The notes under the pieces were generated by a model, which did no database searches, was not told the origin of the DNA, and was given only the letters and a program-made list of their open reading frames with translations. Both the position numbers and the translations under genes were made by a program. A stretch of DNA of 64,000 bases from Bacteroidales bacterium (GTDB taxonomy: Bacteria; Bacteroidota; Bacteroidia; Bacteroidales; ML635J-15). Positions 57,171 through 64,000 of the stretch are shown piece by piece. Location: the NCBI GenBank assembly GCA_003249955.1, contig QKHS01000006.1, positions 78,917-142,916 on the forward strand, in the 5' to 3' direction. Every line of letters begins with the position of its first letter. Positions within the stretch are counted from its first letter, which is position 1.

Positions 57171-57269
57171 TCTATTCGTCTTATCTAAAATCCGATCACA
57201 AAAAAACTTTATTTTTATTATCGTTTATTAATTGTTTGCTGTATTTTTGCTTTCATCTAACCATGAAAA

Positions 57270-60207
57270 ATGAAATTTAAAAAATTAATTACCAAAAAGA
57301 AATTTTGGATTACTGTTCTTATAGGAACATTGGTGACTGCAACGGTTTTAATTTTAGTTTTACGAAACAGAAATTTTAATAGCCCTGAAAACGGGAATGC
57401 TGCGTTTTATGAGTATTCCGCTTCTGCTACCGACTCAATATTAAATTTAATGAAGTCTGAAGAAAGAGCTTTAACGCTTATTTTTAATTCAAACATGCAG
57501 GATAGTTCATTAAATTTATGTAATGCCGGTTCCGGCTTGTCAGGATATTTTTACTTAAAATTAAACAATCCTGAGATATCCGGAAAATACAGCAAAATAA
57601 AAGACAGCAACAGGTTTATAAAGGCAATAAACGAGAATTTACTAACCGGTTTTTCAAATGACAGTATAATGTATGTTGCTCCTCAATTGCTGGGAACAAT
57701 TAATGACAGTACTGTTCTTTCAAGATATTACAGATATCAGACAAATTTGCTGATTGCAAACAATATTAATGCTCTGGTAAGCGAAATACACCTGCCCGAA
57801 TCTCCAGACTCTACCTCCGTAATGCTTATACTCAATAAACTAAAAACAGAACTGGAGATTTTACATCGGAATAAAATATTAAGCTTTATCAGCTTTGCAG
57901 AAGTACCTTCAAACTATAAAGATCAGGACAAAACAAATCTGAAAGAACTGATATCACAATTAAGCGAAGCCGGACTTTGCGGAATAATAGCGTCTTCCCC
58001 TGATATGTTTAACCTGATTAATGAAAGCGGATTTGACGGAATAATTTCATATAAACTGGATAAAGGAATGCTGCCGGATAAAGATATTATCAGCAAAGCA
58101 GATGCTTTTATCTGCAGCAATAATGACAACTCTCAGATTGAAGAACTGTCCGGACTCATAAAAAAACACAACACCGGAGAAGATCTTTTTCTTAAAAGTT
58201 CAAAAGTTGTACGTGCCGGATTATGGGCAAACACAATCCCGGCCAGCAATGACAGTCTTTCAGGAACATTGAATATTAAACTTCTGGAAAGCAACATAAC
58301 AGAGGCTTCAATAACCGTTCTGAAAAACGAAAACAGCCTTATCCCGCTAAACGATATCAATCAAAAAATTCACATTGTTTTTGCGACAAAAGAAAACCCT
58401 AAAGAATTTATCAACACTATCTCCGAATACAGTACAAACTATACCATTTCTTATTTCGATTTAATGTCAGGAAAGACACCTTCTGTATCTTCAGTGGCGG
58501 GAACCCTGATAATCCTGTATGAAAGCGAATCCAAGGATTCGGTTCCTGAAGCTCTGCAAAACTGTCTTTCAGCTTTTTCAAAGAACAAAATATTTATAAA
58601 CTTCGGAGAGATACCATCCGGCCATTTTTCAGGTTTACAATGTAAACAATACCGGCCTCTCCTTTTCCGCTCAATTAATTTATGGTGGAATTGCTGCCGG
58701 CGGAACGCTTACAACCAAAGTAAACGATACCGTATCATACGGATATGGAATACGTACCGCAAAAACCCGTTTAAAATATTCACTGCCCGAAGATGCAGGC
58801 TTAAACCCGGAAAAGCTAAAAGACATTGACAGCATTGTTAACTATGCAATATCAACCGGAGCTATGCCCGGCTGCCAGGTTTTTGTTGCAAAAAACGGGA
58901 TTGTAGTATATGATAAATCTTTCGGATATATGGATTACTCTCATACAAATGCCGTGGATAACAGCGACATGTACGACGTGGCATCTCTTACAAAAATCTG
59001 TGCAACAACACTTGCGATGATGAAAATGGTAGAAACCGGGAAAATAAAACTGGATGACAAACTTGAAAAATATTTTAAAAACACAGAAATAGATTATGGC
59101 AAGATAAAACCTGATACTGTAACAATTATTGACACTATAAACATTAAAAATAAAACACTTACGGAAATAGATGAGTTGGTCATAAATAAAGATACTGTTT
59201 ACATAAATGACACGATGTTGCAATTAAAAGAAGTTTTTATCACAAAAACGACTCCTTCTTCAAATATTTTTCAGGTGCCTGTAAGATCTTTGCTGGTTCA
59301 TCAAAGCGGGATTAGTCCGTCTCTACCGGTCCTGCCTTACATGTTTTATGAAAAATCATATTCAGACTGGAAATATGAAGAAGAAATAAAATCCGGCAAT
59401 CCTGATGCTGAAAAGAAAACGTATCCGCGACAGGAAGCATGGGATTATTACTACAGTAATAAATGGATAAAAGATTCCGCCGAAGTAAAAATTGCTGATA
59501 ATATGTACCTGCAAAACAGATGGAGAGACACTCTTTACGAGGATGTAAAAAGATTGGGAACATTTAACCGAAGCACATATCAATATACTGATGTAAATAT
59601 GATTCTGGCTCAGACCATTATTGACACTGTGAACAAAATGAGTATTGACAAATTTGTAAAAGATGAATTTTACGAAGATTTGGGTATGAAAAACTCTACA
59701 TTCACACCACTGAATTTCAATATTCCGAAAAACAGGATAGCGCCTACCGAAAATGAGACATTCTGGAGGCAACAGGTAATTCACGGGACTGTTCACGATC
59801 CGTCTGCGGCTATGTTAGGAGGAATTTCGGGAAATGCCGGGTTGTTTTCCACTGCTTCTGATTTAGGAATTCTTGGCCAGATGTGGCTTAACGGAGGTAC
59901 TTACGGTGGCCACAGGTATTTAAATCCGGGAACAATAAAAATGTTTGCAGCGACACAGCCCGAAAATCATCGCGGATTAGGTTTTGACAAAGCAGCAATT
60001 AAAAATTTAAACGCTCCTTCTGCCCCTGCTTCAACTTATGGACATTCCGGGTTTACAGGTTGCGTTATGTGGATTGACCCTGAAAACGAAATTGTATATG
60101 TATTTTTGTCAAACAGACTTCATCCTGACGTTAATAACTGGAAAATACTCGGGCAAAAAGTACTGCAGAATGTTCATCAGGTAATTTATGATGCTATGGA
60201 AGAATGA
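57270..60207 (+). pseudogene. Frameshifted gene for a GH3-like N-terminal domain fused to a beta-lactamase-family serine hydrolase
   Basis: ORF 57270..58829 turns to nonsense after ...FINFGEIPSGH. The +1 frame is open from 58600 and reads PAIFQVYNVNNTGLSFSAQLIYGGIAAGGT...RLKYSLPEDAGLNPEKLKDIDSIV...GAMPGCQVFVAKNG into ORF 58864..60207, which carries SLTK and GHSGFTG. The shift maps to the T5 run at 58625-58629. Confidence 0.7.
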
Positions 60208-60236
60208 AATTATAAAAAAATTTACATTAAAAAGAT

Positions 60237-60713
60237 ATGAGAAAAATTATATTTTTAATCACTATTAACCTGTTCATGATACAGTTTTCTCTGTTGGCAC
60301 AAAGTGACATATCCAACCGGTACGAAAACAGACACAAAAGTTGTATTTACGGCAGTCTGGGAACAGCATTCGTTTACAGCAATATCTCAGGAAATATTGA
60401 ACAGGAAATTTCATATAATCCTGATAAGTTTTTCAGCACCATGAGTTTGAGAATTGGTGGTGGATATTGGTCTTCATGGGGTAATGAAGGATACGATATT
60501 ACAGGAACTGTAAACTACCTGAGCGGATCAGGCGGAAACCACATGGAAATGGGATTTGGCATAGCATTTTCACCCGGATATGACGAAACCTATGGTTTTC
60601 TGCCGGCAGTACACGCAGGATATCGTTACCAAAAGCCGGGAGAATTTTTAGTTTTCAGAGCCGGAGTCGGTGTACCGGATACTTTATATTTAAGCCTTGG
60701 GGTTTGTTTTTAA
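60237..60713 (+). CDS. Hypothetical small secreted protein, possible small beta-barrel
   Basis: Signal peptide (…FSLLAQS), Gly/Tyr-rich strands, and a C-terminus ending in LGVCF. Confidence 0.4.
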   Translation: MRKIIFLITINLFMIQFSLLAQSDISNRYENRHKSCIYGSLGTAFVYSNISGNIEQEISYNPDKFFSTMSLRIGGGYWSSWGNEGYDITGTVNYLSGSGGNHMEMGFGIAFSPGYDETYGFLPAVHAGYRYQKPGEFLVFRAGVGVPDTLYLSLGVCF

Positions 60714-60720
60714 AATAAAA

Positions 60721-60753
60721 ATCTCCCGATAATAAATTATTACGGGAGATTTT
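60721..60753. terminator. Bidirectional terminator hairpin (ORF 60237..60713 and tmRNA)
   Basis: The hairpin is atctcccgataataa...ttattacgggagat, with T-rich flanks on both strands. Confidence 0.65.
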
Positions 60754-60755
60754 CA

Positions 60756-61153
60756 GGTGGAGCTGCCGGGAATCGAACCCGGGTCCAAACAAGAAACAAA
60801 GGTGCTTTCTACATGTTTATTCTGCTATTAATTGTCGGGACCAAATCCGGGAACAGACACCCAAACCGGATCCTTATCTCCTTAATTTTGCTCGCCCGCC
60901 GGAGCCTCGGGAAAACTATTCCGGTATTTTTTGCTACCCCTTGGCCGAAGCGGAACCGGACGGTCCAATCGAGGGATATCTCGTCCCAATGCCTGGCACC
61001 GGGATTAAGCATAATCTACTTTATTCGATTACGCAGCAAGAGCATAATTATCTGCGCCTTGTAATTGTCTGTGAAAAAGTTTAACGGGTTTTTCCACGTT
61101 GCCCGACATGCTTACACAATCATTTACCTTGCTGTCAAAACCAGGTCAGCCCC
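60756..61153 (-). ncRNA. ssrA: tmRNA (transfer-messenger RNA)
   Basis: The minus strand begins GGGGCTGACCTGGTTTTGACAGC and ends GGACCCGGGTTCGATTCCCGGCAGCTCCACC. The acceptor stem has a G3:U pair. The internal tag reading frame GGC GCA GAT AAT TAT GCT CTT GCT GCG TAA encodes GADNYALAA* (61029-61058). Length is about 398 nt. Confidence 0.92.
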
Positions 61154-61160
61154 TGATTGT

Positions 61161-61200
61161 AAAAAGTGTTGCAAAATTACAAAATTTTGCAACACTTTTT
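61161..61200 (-). terminator. Perfect 40-nt palindrome (18-bp stem, 4-nt loop), the likely terminator of 61222..63069
   Basis: The sequence is aaaaagtgttgcaaaatt-acaa-aattttgcaacacttttt, 21 nt after the stop codon. It ends 7 nt before the mature tmRNA 5' end. Confidence 0.7.
61172..61179 (-). promoter_or_regulatory. Possible -7 box TAATTTTG for tmRNA, embedded in the palindrome
   Basis: The minus strand reads TAATTTTG, ending 19 nt upstream of the mature tmRNA 5' end. This is compatible with a short RNase P-processed leader. No good -33 element was seen. Confidence 0.3.
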
Positions 61201-61221
61201 TAATGTTTCTTAAAATATATT

Positions 61222-63069
61222 TTATCTGAGCACAACAAGCTTTTTGTTAGTAACAATTTCGCCATTGTCAATTGATACAAAATAAATTCCGGAAGACAAA
61301 GCACTGATGTCCATTGAAGATTTATTCATGCCTGAATTAACCGGAATATTTTCACTCAGATATACTCTGCCGTTTATGTCAGTTACTTTAACAGAAACTG
61401 AAGTGTTCTTATCTGAGTTAAGTTCGATAGTAAGATTGTTGTTTGCAGGGTTCGGAAAAATGTTTACAGAAAAATCTGCAAAACCTGAAGTTGATTTTAT
61501 TCCTGAATAATAAAACGGTGTTCCGCATGGAGTTGTATTATTTAAATATCCGTTTCTGATTACATCCACATATTGAAGCATTTGTTCTACCGAAGCCTGC
61601 GGCGAGGTAGTTGAGCGTCCGTAAACAAATGCTAAATCCAGATCAACAGTATCTCCTGATGAAAATGTAAAAGGGCCTGAAACGCCAAGACCTTTTCTAT
61701 CATATGGAGAATTAGATTCAGTCACTTCTGACCATGGACTTGGTTGTGGGATTCCACCAAGCCCCCATCCACAAGGATCGGTTGTTGGATACCCTGGAAA
61801 CACAAAGCTTGCAGGGACTGAAGGATCTGCGCCACCTGAAGTATGACCTGTTCCTCCATAGCATAAAGAAGAATTATCCAGCCAAAGACCTCTTAAATAA
61901 TTATAATATTCACTTGCAGTACCTGGCTCGTAAGTAGCCGGATTGCCTGTATTATTAAAATACATAAATCCTGTCATTCCCAGTCTCTCATTATCAACAA
62001 CTCCATCTTCAAAATTAACTCCATTTATATTTCCGTTTAAAATATCACCTCTGGCACAATTTAAAACAGGTACATTATCAACAGTATCATAACTTGTAGG
62101 ATTATCAATTCCATCTGCATCTGCAAAAGGTCCTGCCAAAAATACAGTTGCCTGTGCTGGCGGAGAAATCCCATATCCTGAAATGCCTCCGGCACTCTCA
62201 TCATAATCATCACCATTATATGCATAATAGCAACCCCTTTCTACATCGCAGCCTATATAATCATCAAGCCCGTAGCCAATATCAAAGTCTGTAAAAGATC
62301 CGACATAAACATTTGTATAAGTAGCGGTACTTCTGTTTATTATCGAGTATTTTATAAAAACTGTATTTTGGAAAGCTTCTTCTACATCGCAAATAAAAGC
62401 ATATGCCAGAGCATGAACTTCTATTCCCAAAGCACTCCCGCCTGATTCGGTATGAACTCCGGCATTATCATTAAAAATGAAGAATATTGCATAATCTCCG
62501 GGGATTTGAGGATAATCACCATCGGCAGGATTGTATGTATCATCATGGTTTATATCAACATAAGGGGCAAGATTTTGCGCCTGTCCTGCATCCGTATCTC
62601 CATTACCGGGCCAGTTTAATATTTCGTCCGGAATTACATACAACGGATATTCGGGATTATTATGACATAATAAAAACTCCTCTATCTGCAGTCTTGACAC
62701 CGGCCATACCCGATTCCATGCATCGACAACATCCTGATTTGTACTTGCCAAACCATCAACAGTTAACGGCCCGGTGAAATAATCTTCTCCGCTTTGCCGG
62801 CTTTTTTCGGCAGACAAATGTAATTCTGAGTTTTCATTAACTCCTCCTATCCATAAAGCGCTGTTATAGATTGTATTTGTACCGCTTCCGGACGGAATTT
62901 CAAATCTTGCATTGCCATGCATATCGCAAAACTGATTCCCGACAGGCTGGATAAGGGCATTAACATTATTCACATTCAGGTAACTTCCGTTCAGCTCTGT
63001 CTGGGCATTGCAAACAAGTGAAAGCGGGATAAGCAACAACAAACAAAAACTCCGATAAATGTTTTTCAT
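61222..63069 (-). CDS. T9SS type A sorting-domain secreted protein
   Basis: Start set at MKNIYRSFCLLLLIPLSLVCNAQ (signal peptide). The C-terminus NIFPNPANNNLTIEL...GIYFVSIDNGEIVTNKKLVVLR is a Por secretion tail. The N-terminal domain is unrecognised. Confidence 0.8.
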   Translation of the reverse strand: MKNIYRSFCLLLLIPLSLVCNAQTELNGSYLNVNNVNALIQPVGNQFCDMHGNARFEIPSGSGTNTIYNSALWIGGVNENSELHLSAEKSRQSGEDYFTGPLTVDGLASTNQDVVDAWNRVWPVSRLQIEEFLLCHNNPEYPLYVIPDEILNWPGNGDTDAGQAQNLAPYVDINHDDTYNPADGDYPQIPGDYAIFFIFNDNAGVHTESGGSALGIEVHALAYAFICDVEEAFQNTVFIKYSIINRSTATYTNVYVGSFTDFDIGYGLDDYIGCDVERGCYYAYNGDDYDESAGGISGYGISPPAQATVFLAGPFADADGIDNPTSYDTVDNVPVLNCARGDILNGNINGVNFEDGVVDNERLGMTGFMYFNNTGNPATYEPGTASEYYNYLRGLWLDNSSLCYGGTGHTSGGADPSVPASFVFPGYPTTDPCGWGLGGIPQPSPWSEVTESNSPYDRKGLGVSGPFTFSSGDTVDLDLAFVYGRSTTSPQASVEQMLQYVDVIRNGYLNNTTPCGTPFYYSGIKSTSGFADFSVNIFPNPANNNLTIELNSDKNTSVSVKVTDINGRVYLSENIPVNSGMNKSSMDISALSSGIYFVSIDNGEIVTNKKLVVLR

Positions 63070-63331
63070 AGCAGTATATTTTAAAGATAAGTAATAAAAA
63101 TGCTTGCTGTTTTTATACAAAAATCGTACCAATAAATAAATATTTCAACACAAAATACAATACAAAACAAAATAATTTGAGGATAAAAAATTAAAGAATC
63201 ATAAAGCAGATTCTCAAGCAATATGATAGCAAGCAAACTGCACAAAGCAAAATATTTTGTCGCCGCCTGCCAACAAGGTATTTGCAGAAACCTCTGCAAT
63301 ACTGTTTTAGTCTTAAATCAGATATTAATTT

Positions 63332-63985
63332 TTAAACAGATTTAAGGATTTTAATAGTCTCCTCAGGATTCTCTGATCCAAATACTGCCGATCCGGCTAC
63401 CAGAGCATTAGCCCCGGCATGAATAATCTCTTTATGGTTTGTAATGTCCACGCCACCGTCAACCTGTATTATTAAAGTCGGGTTGGAAACATCTGCCATT
63501 TCGCGCAACTCTGCAATTTTCAAAAGGCTTTGTTTAATAAAGGATTGTCCTCCGAAGCCTGGATTCACAGACATTATTAATACCATATCAATTTCGGGCA
63601 GTATATCTTTTAACAATGAGACAGAAGTGTGAGGATTTAGAGAAACCCCTGCCTTCATCCCGGCATTTTTTATTTCCTGAACAGTCCGGTGCAGATGAGT
63701 ACATGCTTCATAATGCACTGTCAGAATATCTGCCCCTGCTTTCTGCCACTCCTGAATATACCTTTCGGGCTGAATAATCATAAGGTGAACATCCAGAGGT
63801 TTTTTTGCAAGTTTTTTTATGTGATTAACAACCGGGAACCCGAATGAAATGTTAGGAACAAAAACACCATCCATAATGTCAAGATGAAACCAGTCAGCTT
63901 CACTGTTATTAATCATATCTATATCTTTCTGCAAATTGTTAAAGTCAGCAGACAGCATTGAAGGAGCAAGAATGATGTTTTTCAT
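63332..63985 (-). CDS. rpe: Ribulose-phosphate 3-epimerase
   Basis: Motifs SMLSADF, HLDIMDGVFVPNISFG, MSVNPGFGGQ and VDGG. Confidence 0.95.
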   Translation of the reverse strand: MKNIILAPSMLSADFNNLQKDIDMINNSEADWFHLDIMDGVFVPNISFGFPVVNHIKKLAKKPLDVHLMIIQPERYIQEWQKAGADILTVHYEACTHLHRTVQEIKNAGMKAGVSLNPHTSVSLLKDILPEIDMVLIMSVNPGFGGQSFIKQSLLKIAELREMADVSNPTLIIQVDGGVDITNHKEIIHAGANALVAGSAVFGSENPEETIKILKSV

Positions 63986-64000
63986 AAATTACATTTAAAA

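Noticed and set aside
58600-58864. Treating 57270..58829 and 58864..60207 as two independent genes, or as a programmed frameshift.
   Set aside because: Family-typical sequence continues in the +1 frame for about 88 codons upstream of the tracked second start. No recognisable slippery or stimulatory signal is present beyond a T5 homopolymer. A simple 1-nt indel, whether real or a sequencing error, is more parsimonious.
57270-61153. Genomic island integrated at the tmRNA 3' end.
   Set aside because: There is no integrase and I saw no duplicated copy of the tmRNA 3' terminus (gggttcgattcccgg) elsewhere in the window. The neighbouring genes look like ordinary chromosomal genes.

Overview
This is a 64-kb AT-rich chromosomal segment that looks like an anaerobic Bacteroidota genome. 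Supporting signals: type A and type B T9SS C-terminal sorting domains, a 286-aa primary sigma factor, TAnnTTTG -7 boxes upstream of several genes, a tmRNA with a ...NYALAA tag, an archaeal-type ProRS, KorAB, ATP-PEPCK, a DUF362 Fe-S protein and futalosine genes.

About 45 protein genes are supported, mostly housekeeping: mtnA plus a class II aldolase, pckA, tnaA, lplA, lipA, rpoD, proS, korAB, fabD, folE, mqnB, mqnD and rpe. There is one tmRNA. I saw no rRNA, tRNA, CRISPR array, integrase, transposase or recognisable phage or defence module.

I cannot demonstrate a complete novel system from sequence alone. The strongest candidates for follow-up are:
1. A tandem pair of small secreted six-repeat proteins (YKSDAD vs SKYDAD units) followed by an AsmA-like protein.
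2. An extremely low-complexity Tyr/Gly/Trp-rich and Ser/Gly/Arg-rich lipoprotein co-oriented with a FadL-like porin.
3. An AraC / ABC-2 exporter / short UvrA-paralog operon with DrrABC-like architecture.
4. A standalone SecD periplasmic-head-like protein.
5. GC-rich 'word' arrays and MITE-like elements filling many intergenic spacers, unexplained by genes. One splits lipA from lplA and one supplies the stop codon of mqnB.

Limits: all protein calls rest on motifs I recognise by eye, with no BLAST or HMM run. Coordinates of non-ORF features were hand-counted and may be off by 1-2 nt.
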